28,043 bases of DNA from IMG/VR virus record IMGVR_UViG_3300025771_000138; one strand, written 5' to 3'. The position numbers were made by a program, and so were the translations under genes. Positions 1 to 9,542 of this stretch are shown in pieces (the stretch's first letter is position 1; each line of letters opens with the position of its first letter). The notes beneath the pieces are model-generated. The model did no database searches and was not told where the DNA came from. It saw only the letters and a program-made list of their open reading frames with translations. The DNA comes from a virus.

Positions 1-145
1 CGCTGATAAACAACGGGTCAGAAGTTGGCGTTAAATTAGCAACATACGATGCGTCTGCAGCTGAATTTGTTACGGAAAACCCGGATACCTGTAAAGCTTG
101 CCCAAAATCTTGAGGTGTTTGGGATAGATATTTAGTAAAACTCAT
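1..145 (-). CDS. 5' part of a CDS running off the window edge (MSFTKYLSQTPQDFGQALQVSGF...), probably another tail protein
   Basis: ATG at 143-145, 4 nt after the J-like stop; 48 open codons to the edge. Not in the ORF track; function inferred from context only. Confidence 0.6.
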   Translation of the reverse strand, partial: MSFTKYLSQTPQDFGQALQVSGFSVTNSAADASYVANLTPTSDPLFIS

Positions 146-149
146 ATTT

Positions 150-3100
150 TTAAATATTCAATTGTTCTAATTTGAAATCCTTATCATATACATACACTTT
201 ATAACCGTAACCTTTTTCAGGAAATAAACTTCTATTTCCTAAAAATACAGAAAAACTTCTATTATCGCTACCATCTAGACAAAATCTTAAATTTTTACCC
301 AAAACAAAAAAATCTACCACGTAACCACCAATATTACTTAAGTCTTCAGTGCCAAAATCAAAAGTTACTTCTAATTTTATGTCGTCATCGCTTTTTTCTT
401 TAACAAAATAAGCATCGTAAATTTGATCATCTATATTTGCGTCAGAAGTAGTGAAACTATCACTTGCAACTGTCTTGGTTGGATAATCAGATAAACTAAA
501 TTTAAGCTCATCTGAGTTTTGATTTTCTTCTATGTTTTTATTTCTTTCTAAGGCTTCAAATTTAGTTGCATTATACATCATTGCTGTAATCATAAACTCA
601 TTTAACGCTTTTTCTTCCACAGACAACACACGATATTTTATTCCTTTTATATCATATCCTGTATTAGAATTTTCCACAGACCATATTGTTCCTCTGGTGA
701 TTAAATTAAAATCTGGGTCTGTTGTTTCATTTATGGTTACCACGTTGCCGTCAGACACTGATGCTATTGTAAAGTATTTGATTTGCGGGGTAGTTTGATT
801 GTCAATTTCCGAATCTGTTATCCCTTTATTATTTGTGTTTTGCCTTTGTTTCGCTAAATTAGAAAGATCTTTAGAAGAAGTTGTAGATTTAGGCACCATA
901 AAATATATTTTTTGACCAACAATATTTTCTTTTATGCCCTTGTCTAAAGTAACGCTTTTATCTCTAAAATTAATATTACTGATTCTACCTCCGTATCTAT
1001 TGATTGATTTAAAATTATCTTGTATTAAAATAATATCTCCCGGCAATAAAATACTACCTTCCTGCCCTGTTGAAAACTGCACCACATCAGTTTCTGTTTG
1101 ATTTGTATATAAAATCCAATCTGCGATTCTTTTGGCTTGGGATCGTGATGTTGTGCCTATTGCTACTACTTCTTGCTCATTATAGCCAAATTGCCTCAAA
1201 GCAGCAAAATCTTCAGCGTATGCGACTTTAGTTTTAAAATTGTCATCAGCATCGTTGTATCTAACAACAACACTGGAGGTTCTAGATGTTTTTGCGCTCC
1301 CTGTGTAACCAAAGCTACCCCCAACAACATTACTATTATTAAACATCAAAATTGGGTCCTTTAATTTATCTATAGATGGATAAACTAGCCCTTCATTCCA
1401 ATAGGTTATACCTCTAAAAACAGCAGCAATATTATTAATAGTATTTAAAGCTTCGTCTTGCCCTGTGAATACAATGTTGCAAGCAAATCTCGGTTCTAAA
1501 ATAGGTCTCTCATTTTCATATTGCCTAACTATATAACCAGATGTTACAGAAGAGTTTAAAGAATATGAATTGTAGTAATAATTATAAAAAATTGCAGACC
1601 TACTGTTTGATAAGTAAGATTCTGCTTGTTTATTAATTAACAAATCTATTAGCCATTTTTTAGCGCTCTGAGAAGAATTCCCTCTCTGATAAAGGTAAGC
1701 TCTTTTAAGTTCAGGATAATCAAAAAATATTTTATCCACCCCAAAATCTCTAACAATTTCAAATTTAAATACTAGCCCATCAATCCGTGTTTTTTTTATT
1801 ATAGCTCTATAATTCAAATTTACATCTTCAGATGAACTATTTTTTAAATCTAAAAAACAAATTTCTGAGCCCACTTCAAATATAGACTGTAGATCCGTCC
1901 TTGTGTTTTCACTTGTAATAGGTATGCTAAATATAGCGGAAGAAGAGTCTGTAGAAAAACCTATTGGCGGTTGTAATCCAGTATTACCAGTTGGCAGCAA
2001 TTCATCGCAATATTTACCAATAGAATATAAATTCCATTTATCTAGCATAGCTTGCTGAAAAGCATATTTCCCTAAACCATACCTATTGTTAGTAATGATA
2101 TCGTACAAAATCCATGCTGGATTATCAGACCATTGTTTATTTGGGGCAAATGTGCCATTCCAGTTTCCAGAATATATTTTTGATTCAGGATCATAATTAG
2201 AGGGCACATTAATTTTTAAAAGTTTTAAATCATATGATCTTTTTGGTATTTGCCCAAATGCTGAAGCATCAAAAATATTAGCGATTAAAGTGCTATTCGG
2301 ATACCTTAGCTTTTCTGATATATTTTCTACTATAGAATTTATAGCCAAACTTTTATCTCCCTGAACAAATGCTGGCCCAAAATCTCTATCAACTCTAGTC
2401 ACTCTAACAAATCTATATTTCGTTCCGCCTGAATCAGGAAGAGGAATGTGATGACTTCTGATATATTCAGAAGAAGCCAAACCTCTAATAGAACAAACTA
2501 CATAACCAACCGAACCACCTTCCCCTAGACTTAATTCATCGCCAACATGCCCCACCTCTATTACAAAAGTTACTCCAGCTGAATAAGCACTTCCACTGCT
2601 AGATTGATATCGTCCTGTATAAGCTACATTAATAACAACAGAATCTACATTATGATTTGTCACAGTATGAACAAAGGGAAATTCTGAATATATAAAATCA
2701 GGTTTATATATAGTTGGTATAACTGTATCATATGGATAACCACTCCTATTATTATCTCCATCTAAAAATTTTAATTCTTGACCTTTTACTGTCACGTTCT
2801 TTAAAGCTGTGTCAAAAACATTAGCAAATAATTGAACATTATAATTAAACGTCTGAGATGATTTAGCAAAAGACAAGCCCTGCGTTAGATCTGAAAAATG
2901 TAATTGGTCTTCTGTACCTAATCTTATTTCTGAAAAAGCTGTTCTATAATTATACGTATTTGTTTTAGTATTTTTTACTGGTGTGTCATTTAAATATATG
3001 CCTTTAAAATAATCGCTATTTTTATTTTGGTCGTTAGATAAAAAGATAGATTGCCCAAAAGCATCACATAAACCGTGAACTTCACCTTCCGATAAAATAT

Positions 3101-3293
3101 CAACAGTTTGATAAAAAGAAGTAGATTCTTTTTTTAAATCTTTATGGTGAGCCACGGCTCTATCTATACCAACCATACCTAAATGTGGGCCTTGTGTGAT
3201 AGTTGAAGCAAAAACTACAGATGGACATATTGTTTTAGGCCCTAAGTTATTCCATCGCGATATGAATGTGTCTAATTTTTCTTCGTGGCTCAT
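150..3293 (-). CDS. Tail tip / central tail fibre protein, lambda gpJ-like (1047 aa)
   Basis: J-family blocks: DILSEGEVHGL, GIYLNDTPV, VPSNYDPESKIYSGNWNGTF..WSDNPAWILYDIITNNRYGLG, YCDE, EPRFACN, GTTSRSQAKR, PGDIILIQD. Follows L-K-I. Confidence 0.93.
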   Translation of the reverse strand: MSHEEKLDTFISRWNNLGPKTICPSVVFASTITQGPHLGMVGIDRAVAHHKDLKKESTSFYQTVDILSEGEVHGLCDAFGQSIFLSNDQNKNSDYFKGIYLNDTPVKNTKTNTYNYRTAFSEIRLGTEDQLHFSDLTQGLSFAKSSQTFNYNVQLFANVFDTALKNVTVKGQELKFLDGDNNRSGYPYDTVIPTIYKPDFIYSEFPFVHTVTNHNVDSVVINVAYTGRYQSSSGSAYSAGVTFVIEVGHVGDELSLGEGGSVGYVVCSIRGLASSEYIRSHHIPLPDSGGTKYRFVRVTRVDRDFGPAFVQGDKSLAINSIVENISEKLRYPNSTLIANIFDASAFGQIPKRSYDLKLLKINVPSNYDPESKIYSGNWNGTFAPNKQWSDNPAWILYDIITNNRYGLGKYAFQQAMLDKWNLYSIGKYCDELLPTGNTGLQPPIGFSTDSSSAIFSIPITSENTRTDLQSIFEVGSEICFLDLKNSSSEDVNLNYRAIIKKTRIDGLVFKFEIVRDFGVDKIFFDYPELKRAYLYQRGNSSQSAKKWLIDLLINKQAESYLSNSRSAIFYNYYYNSYSLNSSVTSGYIVRQYENERPILEPRFACNIVFTGQDEALNTINNIAAVFRGITYWNEGLVYPSIDKLKDPILMFNNSNVVGGSFGYTGSAKTSRTSSVVVRYNDADDNFKTKVAYAEDFAALRQFGYNEQEVVAIGTTSRSQAKRIADWILYTNQTETDVVQFSTGQEGSILLPGDIILIQDNFKSINRYGGRISNINFRDKSVTLDKGIKENIVGQKIYFMVPKSTTSSKDLSNLAKQRQNTNNKGITDSEIDNQTTPQIKYFTIASVSDGNVVTINETTDPDFNLITRGTIWSVENSNTGYDIKGIKYRVLSVEEKALNEFMITAMMYNATKFEALERNKNIEENQNSDELKFSLSDYPTKTVASDSFTTSDANIDDQIYDAYFVKEKSDDDIKLEVTFDFGTEDLSNIGGYVVDFFVLGKNLRFCLDGSDNRSFSVFLGNRSLFPEKGYGYKVYVYDKDFKLEQLNI

Positions 3294-3294
3294 A

Positions 3295-3951
3295 TTAAAT
3301 AGATCTAGCTAAAGCTGATGAAGTAATGTCTATTGAGTCTTCTGATGGAGATTCTTGGGTTATATTGTTAAACAACTTATCATAAAACCCTTGCCCTGAA
3401 GCTATCGCTTTATCTATACTTAACAAATTTACAGATATAACTGTAGATCCCACCTTAAAGCGACCATATCCAACAGGCACCGGAACACCCTGTCTAGTAT
3501 TGTTTTCTGCTTGTGCAAAAATATAAGAGCTAGTTGAAGCTGTATCAGGGTCATCTGGAGCCAACAACTTACTCATCAATAAGCTCATCCCAATAGCAAA
3601 AGCAATATTGATGACTACGGCAGCAATAATAGCCCCAACACTTAATGTGCCAATTGATGTTGCAGTTGCGCTTAAAGCTATCATAAGAGTAAACCCCACT
3701 GCCCCCATCAAAATAGGCAAAATAACTACTTCTTTATTTTTTACGTTGACTAAATTAAAGTTTTTTTCCTGTACGGCTACGCCATCAACAAAAACGCTCA
3801 TTGATCTTTTTTTATTTCTTGTTATGTAAGATTTAACTTTACCCGTATTAGCTTCTAGGGCAGAAAAGATCTCAGAGAGCTTACAGCAAGCAAACTGGTG
3901 TGTTTTACCTACTATTTCCCCAAATCGACCATGAATACTAACCTTTGTCAT
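3295..3951 (-). CDS. Tail assembly protein, lambda gpI-like (ubiquitin-like N-terminus)
   Basis: VSIHGRFG start, ILPILMGA, hydrophobic stretch, SSYIF..AENNTRQGVPVPVGYGRFKVGS. ATG 3951 is preferred to the track's GTG 3966, which lies inside the promoter-like motif. Confidence 0.9.
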   Translation of the reverse strand: MTKVSIHGRFGEIVGKTHQFACCKLSEIFSALEANTGKVKSYITRNKKRSMSVFVDGVAVQEKNFNLVNVKNKEVVILPILMGAVGFTLMIALSATATSIGTLSVGAIIAAVVINIAFAIGMSLLMSKLLAPDDPDTASTSSYIFAQAENNTRQGVPVPVGYGRFKVGSTVISVNLLSIDKAIASGQGFYDKLFNNITQESPSEDSIDITSSALARSI

Positions 3952-3958
3952 CCTTATA

Positions 3959-3969
3959 TTATACACTTT
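3959..3969 (-). promoter_or_regulatory. AAAGTGTATAA promoter-like motif upstream of the gpI-like gene
   Basis: Exact 11-mer also found just upstream of ATG 19339 and ATG 21248. Confidence 0.6.
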
Positions 3970-4367
3970 TAAATGGAAAAATAAACTGACTTGAACGGAT
4001 CTGCTCTAAAAAAACAAAAATTTTTATCTTGGACAGAATAGATAAGAGATGAGTGCTGATGATCATAAGCATACTCCACATCACAATCGCTTGGATCAGC
4101 AGATCCAAAAACATGAGAATGCCAAATAAAAAGCACGTTTTCTTTGCTTATAATATTAAAATATTTTCGAGAATCTATTTGAAAAAATAGATTTTTAATA
4201 GGATGTATATTCTCAAGAAAATAAAGATTCTTTGAGGTTGCTATTCCACAGCACTCAAAATCATATTCGCAGCAATAATTTTTTATTTGACTACAAAAAC
4301 CATCAAAATCTATAAGATTCAATAGAGGGAAACCCTCCGAAAGATAATCCTTTTGTATATTCTCCAT
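3969..4367 (-). CDS. JAB/MPN metallopeptidase, lambda gpK N-terminal domain-like, without NlpC/P60
   Basis: E(CCG)...WHSH..GSADPS.CD matches the JAMM motif; sits between L and I. Start is uncertain (65-nt overlap with L). Confidence 0.85.
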   Translation of the reverse strand: MENIQKDYLSEGFPLLNLIDFDGFCSQIKNYCCEYDFECCGIATSKNLYFLENIHPIKNLFFQIDSRKYFNIISKENVLFIWHSHVFGSADPSDCDVEYAYDHQHSSLIYSVQDKNFCFFRADPFKSVYFSI

Positions 4368-5328
4368 AGTGTTTGAATCTTATTTTGCACCCGTTGAGAG
4401 TTTTAGAGCATTGATCTGCTACCCAATATTCTTTTTCATAACGAGGGTCTTTTGCTGTAGAGCCATTATCTTTTATACAAACATAGAAAAAATTACATTG
4501 ATCATCTGTATTTTCCAGTGTGTCACTTAAACCTATTTTGCTTAATATTTTTACAGCTGGCCTCATTATAACCACATCACCTTTAACATAATTGGTTATA
4601 GTTTTATCGTAATCGCCACGAAATTGGATACTTGTTAAATTATAACCATTTTTTTCAAAAAGTAATTTATCCTTATCATCTGCCAAAGGTATACCTAAAT
4701 TACCGTTATTTCCAAAAATAGTTGCAGCTGTTTGCAAACCCAAAATTTTTTGTTCATCAAAATCTGTCAATTGGCCATATCTGCAACCCGCGCCCCGATA
4801 TTTCCAAGGGCAATAATTAGCAATCATAACCCTAGCTGGAAGTTTTGCCCCCTCATACTCAAGAGGAGAAATAAGCTCAAATTCAACATAAAACTTATTT
4901 TCTTGACTTTTTTTATTCACAATAAACTGATCATCAGAAAAACGAGCCTCAGGGTCCGGTATTGCGAAAGGATTAAAATTATTAGGGAAATTTGCTGCAT
5001 CAATATATTTCAAAAAAGTTCTTTTTCTGATAAATAAATGACCTACTAAATCTTGTCTTCTTTTTAGTATATCACTCATCAAACCATCTAGATTGGCAAC
5101 TGTTAGCGTTGGACGAGGCATTCGACCATCACCTTTCTTTTCAAACCCATTAGCATCAACAGGTAACGAATAATAGGTTTTACCATCAAAAATAAGATTA
5201 GAAGCCGAAACTATACCGGGATGAAACCTAAAAAGACCATCTTGTTCGCCTAAATCTAGTTCGTATAATTCTATGATAGTATCTGGCAATAAATCTAATA
5301 AAGATGCATTAAATGATTGAGTTGACAT
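4303..5328 (-). CDS. Minor tail protein, lambda gpL-like
   Basis: IIELYELDL, PVDANGFE, PRPTLTVAN, IRKRTFLKYIDAANF, and four conserved Cys (CPWKYRGAGC; CSKTLNGC) matching the gpL Fe-S ligands. Confidence 0.93.
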   Translation of the reverse strand: MSTQSFNASLLDLLPDTIIELYELDLGEQDGLFRFHPGIVSASNLIFDGKTYYSLPVDANGFEKKGDGRMPRPTLTVANLDGLMSDILKRRQDLVGHLFIRKRTFLKYIDAANFPNNFNPFAIPDPEARFSDDQFIVNKKSQENKFYVEFELISPLEYEGAKLPARVMIANYCPWKYRGAGCRYGQLTDFDEQKILGLQTAATIFGNNGNLGIPLADDKDKLLFEKNGYNLTSIQFRGDYDKTITNYVKGDVVIMRPAVKILSKIGLSDTLENTDDQCNFFYVCIKDNGSTAKDPRYEKEYWVADQCSKTLNGCKIRFKHYGEYTKGLSFGGFPSIESYRF

Positions 5329-5343
5329 GATTTATTTTTTATT

Positions 5344-8300
5344 TTATGATGTTAGCTTAAAGTAACCTGCGAATCCCGTTTCATCTTCCACTTTATTATT
5401 AGAAGTTGTAGTATCAATATCCTCTGTAGTTATTATATTTATATTCATCATAGCTCTTTGTCTAAGATACAAATAAACGGCATTCCTTTCTTCATTTTTT
5501 AACTGTTTATTATAAATAATAATATCTGATACACTAAAACTTGATGTTCCATTATTTGCGCCAATTATTGGATTTATATCAAATTTGAAAGATTCTTGAT
5601 TTGATAATTCTTTGGCTCCCTTGCTTATATTATTTATAAAGCTTTTATAAACTAATTTTCTTCCATCTTTTGATGCAGCAACATTATAAACAAAAGCATA
5701 TGATGGCATTAATTCATCTGCATTTTCAGAAGTACTAGTTTCCACAGAGTAATTATTTCCTCTATTCGGCATACCGGTGGATTCTTTAATCTCGCTACTC
5801 GCGTTATATAAATAACTGACATTATTATTACTATTAAACTTAGTAAAACTCAGATTCTGGCTGCGGATTTTTTTATTATCCGCATTAAATTGCCTTTTGG
5901 AGCCAAATGAATCTGGAAAAACTAAATAAAATATATCAAATGCTTCGGTATTATTAGTTAAAGTATAATCTGTTGAATTGTTATAAATTCCATTTATAAC
6001 TGCAGAAGCTAAATTGTCAAATTGTATACATGGCTTTCCATTGAAGCGGGATACTGCATTGTCACTAGCAGCGACATTGTAAAATTTTGGTTTATTAGTA
6101 GCATCACCAACAATCTGAACAGCAACAGCAGAAAGCGCAGAATTTTTCGCAGCAGCTACCCACGTTTCCACATCTTGCCCATTTGTGGCATCAGTTGTTC
6201 CGGTGTTATAAACCGTTGTGCTAGCATCCCATCTCGCTATAAAATTACCGATATTTTCAGGTTGAAAATCTGAATTAGGAAAAAACAATGCACCAATTAA
6301 GTTACTTGTTGTGTATGCGCTACTAGCTGATTTAACAGCAAATCCTCCTCGACCTCCTAATTTCCCTACTTCGTCATTACTTGTGCTACTAATTACCGTA
6401 AATAAACCATCATCAAAAGAGCTGTCTGGTGCCCTATCTCCATATTGACCAAAAGCACCTCCTGCACCCCCCTGCGAAATTTGATAATTTAAGTTGAATG
6501 ACCTGCCAGCTCCAGCTCTTTGTGTATTACCTTTATTTGTTTCGTTCCATGCTGTTTTCTGGTAAGTGTTTATGCCCTGTTGATAAGTTGAGCCGGGATC
6601 AGACTTAAATGATCCTTGCCCACCACCACCAAATCCAGCAGTTTGGATTCCAGCAAAATCACTAAAATCAAATTCTGCGAGCAAAGAATTTTTTCCACCA
6701 GCATTAATATCAAGTATTATTTTATTTTCAGATTTTGTCAAATAAACTGGTGTATTTAGATCAATGTCCCTGTCTTGCTTTGCTTGTCTAACCTGAGAAG
6801 CAGCTCTAGCCGCAAAAAGCCTATCCCCACCTCCACCTCCACCTCCTCCAGCATAAATACTAAAAATGCTTGGTAAATATATTCTAAAATTATTTATACC
6901 GCTAGCTATCTCAATAGCATTCCCCCCTACACCACCGTCTGTACTTTTTCCGTATTGCGCTGGTTGAATATCAAAACTAATACCGCCACCAGAAGAAGGA
7001 GAGTCGGTCCATACTACTTTAGCTATTCCAGCATTACCCCCTACACCACCAAGGCCAATTATTTTAGCATTGTTTTTTAAATACAGATTCATCTGTAACT
7101 CCGAACCTAAACTAGGACCAACATTAACCACTGCCCCTGTTTTTATAGCTGGGGCTGGAATTTTCGGACTATTACTAAGTAATTGTTCATATTTACTAGA
7201 ACCAATAGTGCTATTTTCATCAATAATAAAATGAACACCAGTGTAATAATCTAAGAAATTTGATTTACTTATATTTCTTTTGTTGATTTCTGTTTCAAAT
7301 CTGTCTTTTAAAATTACATTTGACTCACCATCTTGTAAATATATTTCCAGTGCGCCTTTTTCAGCAGTTGACAATTTTATTGTGGGATCAGGATTATCTC
7401 CGGGCTCTAAATTAGTAGACCCGGAAACTAAACCTGTTAAAACATCATTACTAACACTTTGAGAAAATGAGTCTACACCACTACAATAAACCCAGTCAGA
7501 ATAAGAAATTAAAGTGCTAGTGTTTGAACTGTCATAATGCTCTCCTCTTATTCTGTAGTAGTAATCTGTGCTTGCTGTTAAATTAGTATCAGAATATGTA
7601 TTATAACCATCAATTCCCGTAGGAGTACCATAGTAAAAAGAATTTAAATACGTTCCACCCACAGCAGGAGGCAATGTTGTTGGGCGATCTATTTTTGGTA
7701 TTTCTATCGTTGTTAATGCGCTCCAATTTTGAGTAGCATCAGTAGATCTTTCTATTTTGTATTTTTCAAAATAATAACCCGTCGGAGGATTGACCCATCT
7801 TAGATCATGATAATAAACACCAAAATCATCTTTTTGTCCGGTTATTCCTAAAAATTTCTGAGGATGAGCTGGAGTTAATTCTGATGTACTACCAAAATGA
7901 CCTGTTACATATCCTGTTAAATTGACCCGTATAACGCCTAATTCAGGTTGACCAGCATAATAAGTACGATCTTGAGTTCCATCTATTTCTGATATAAAAC
8001 TCAAATTTATTGCTGTGTTATAAGAACCAGTTCCTGCTGGACCAGTAATTGGGGATTGAGGACCTGATGTAGACTTTAAGCCATAAAAATCAAAAGGAAT
8101 GAATTTAGTAGATCCAGCTAATATAGTTACTCTTCTATCATCATTCACATCATAAGTTCCACTTATAAAATCATAAGTTTGATCAAAGTTATGGGCAGAG
8201 CTATCCAGCTCTAATGTCATTCTTACAGATGTTGTTCCGCTATTTGTTAAATAAAAACCCGTGCGTATTGCAAAACCTGTTTGCACAGCAAACTCCATCC

Positions 8301-8361
8301 CAGTTACTCCAATGTAACCGGTGCCTTCTGCTCTTTGTGTGACTGCTGTAGGTATACTCAT
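5344..8361 (-). CDS. Mosaic tail adhesin: Ig-like + FN3 + glycine-rich gp38-like + LamG/lectin-like domains (1005 aa)
   Basis: FN3 pattern W..P...Y.IERS...YYYRIR; Gly motifs IIGLGGVGG, GGVGGNAI, IYAGGGGGGGG; C-terminal ARWDAS...SDIIIYNKQL...ER..VYLYL. Confidence 0.7.
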   Translation of the reverse strand: MSIPTAVTQRAEGTGYIGVTGMEFAVQTGFAIRTGFYLTNSGTTSVRMTLELDSSAHNFDQTYDFISGTYDVNDDRRVTILAGSTKFIPFDFYGLKSTSGPQSPITGPAGTGSYNTAINLSFISEIDGTQDRTYYAGQPELGVIRVNLTGYVTGHFGSTSELTPAHPQKFLGITGQKDDFGVYYHDLRWVNPPTGYYFEKYKIERSTDATQNWSALTTIEIPKIDRPTTLPPAVGGTYLNSFYYGTPTGIDGYNTYSDTNLTASTDYYYRIRGEHYDSSNTSTLISYSDWVYCSGVDSFSQSVSNDVLTGLVSGSTNLEPGDNPDPTIKLSTAEKGALEIYLQDGESNVILKDRFETEINKRNISKSNFLDYYTGVHFIIDENSTIGSSKYEQLLSNSPKIPAPAIKTGAVVNVGPSLGSELQMNLYLKNNAKIIGLGGVGGNAGIAKVVWTDSPSSGGGISFDIQPAQYGKSTDGGVGGNAIEIASGINNFRIYLPSIFSIYAGGGGGGGGDRLFAARAASQVRQAKQDRDIDLNTPVYLTKSENKIILDINAGGKNSLLAEFDFSDFAGIQTAGFGGGGQGSFKSDPGSTYQQGINTYQKTAWNETNKGNTQRAGAGRSFNLNYQISQGGAGGAFGQYGDRAPDSSFDDGLFTVISSTSNDEVGKLGGRGGFAVKSASSAYTTSNLIGALFFPNSDFQPENIGNFIARWDASTTVYNTGTTDATNGQDVETWVAAAKNSALSAVAVQIVGDATNKPKFYNVAASDNAVSRFNGKPCIQFDNLASAVINGIYNNSTDYTLTNNTEAFDIFYLVFPDSFGSKRQFNADNKKIRSQNLSFTKFNSNNNVSYLYNASSEIKESTGMPNRGNNYSVETSTSENADELMPSYAFVYNVAASKDGRKLVYKSFINNISKGAKELSNQESFKFDINPIIGANNGTSSFSVSDIIIYNKQLKNEERNAVYLYLRQRAMMNINIITTEDIDTTTSNNKVEDETGFAGYFKLTS

Positions 8362-9542
8362 GATAAGAAAGGATCAATTGTAATTAAATTTAAAAAATCT
8401 ACTTCATAAGAAGTATAATCTATAGGCTGTTGTTTAAACTTTACTGATATATCATTATTATCTTTGAATTTTAAAGTGTGAGTCCATGATGTACATAAAA
8501 ACGCTTTTGTTTTATTGTATGGAGCTGGAGGAGTAAATAAAAATTGATCATAACCTCTGTGCTTCTCTAAAAAATGTAGAATAGCTTTAGCTTCTTTGTC
8601 TGACCTGCTTGTGAATGTTATATCTAAATTCAATAAAGATTTATTTAATCCATCTTCTACTCTTACTAAATAATCATTTTGAAAATTTTGCTTGTAAAAT
8701 CTTGGCGCTTCATTAAAAGATATGCCTTTATTTATTGGCCAATAAAATTGTTTTTTAGTCCATAGTGTATTGTTACCTATTGGGCCATTGTCATTTGTCG
8801 CTGTAGTTTCTGCATCTCCTGTGTAATAATACCATCCAGAAGTTGCTATTGTGAAATTAGTTCCGCTGCCATACACAATATCATCTTTTGAGTATGTGTT
8901 TCCTGCGGCCCAAAATCCACTCGTATTACTAAATGGAATATAAAAATCTTTCCAGTCTGTTGTGGATCTATCTTCATTATGCAATGCTAAGCCAATATTA
9001 TTAACATCAGGATATTCTAAAGAGTTATCAAATGTTTCTACAAAAAATTCTAACTCTTGATTGTATGGCTCAAATGGAGTCCAGTATATACCTGTGTAAC
9101 CACCACTTGGCTTAGCCCCCTTATTAAATGAGTCTTCAAGTAAATGAATAACAGCTTTAGCTTCTTTATCTGATCTTTTACTGAGAGGTATATTAAATTT
9201 TGCTTTTATTGCATTTTCAGACTTATTTAAATGGTTGAAATACCCATCTCCATAGTTGATATCATAGTAATGATTTTTAAACTCAACAGAAGCTCCATAA
9301 GATACTTCGTTAAAAAACTTATTTGTCCACGGGCTATTATCACCGGTAGGAGTATTGTGTATTGTTGAAGATGCCGCTGCACCAGTATAATAATAGTGTC
9401 CTGATACATTTTGTGCAGCAGGATATTCTGTGCTACCAGTTGTGTAGCCACTATAATATACAATATCAAATTTAGAATAAGAATTTCCAAGCTCAAAAGC
9501 TGATACGTTAGCTATATTTGTTTCTCCAGAATTTAAAATCAT
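8358..9542 (-). CDS. Distal tail protein made of two tandem lambda gpM-like domains, each preceded by a CBM5/12-like module
   Basis: Second half (FYW...F.NDY..RVEDGLN...AILHFLEKHRGYDQFLFTPP...CTSW) parallels gpM. RSDKEAKA occurs twice (DNA near 8581-8606 and 9151-9176). Confidence 0.8.
   Translation of the reverse strand: MILNSGETNIANVSAFELGNSYSKFDIVYYSGYTTGSTEYPAAQNVSGHYYYTGAAASSTIHNTPTGDNSPWTNKFFNEVSYGASVEFKNHYYDINYGDGYFNHLNKSENAIKAKFNIPLSKRSDKEAKAVIHLLEDSFNKGAKPSGGYTGIYWTPFEPYNQELEFFVETFDNSLEYPDVNNIGLALHNEDRSTTDWKDFYIPFSNTSGFWAAGNTYSKDDIVYGSGTNFTIATSGWYYYTGDAETTATNDNGPIGNNTLWTKKQFYWPINKGISFNEAPRFYKQNFQNDYLVRVEDGLNKSLLNLDITFTSRSDKEAKAILHFLEKHRGYDQFLFTPPAPYNKTKAFLCTSWTHTLKFKDNNDISVKFKQQPIDYTSYEVDFLNLITIDPFLS

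Noticed and set aside
1497-1985. Intein in the J-like protein
   Set aside because: No Cys/Ser start with His-Asn end before a nucleophile, and no LAGLIDADG or HINT motifs.
6826-6852. Microsatellite or phase-variable tract (CCTCCA repeats)
   Set aside because: It encodes the poly-Gly motif of the gp38-like domain with mixed codons.
8581-9176. Diversity-generating retroelement TR/VR pair
   Set aside because: The similarity is short and in-frame within one gene, is explained by domain duplication, and no reverse transcriptase is present.
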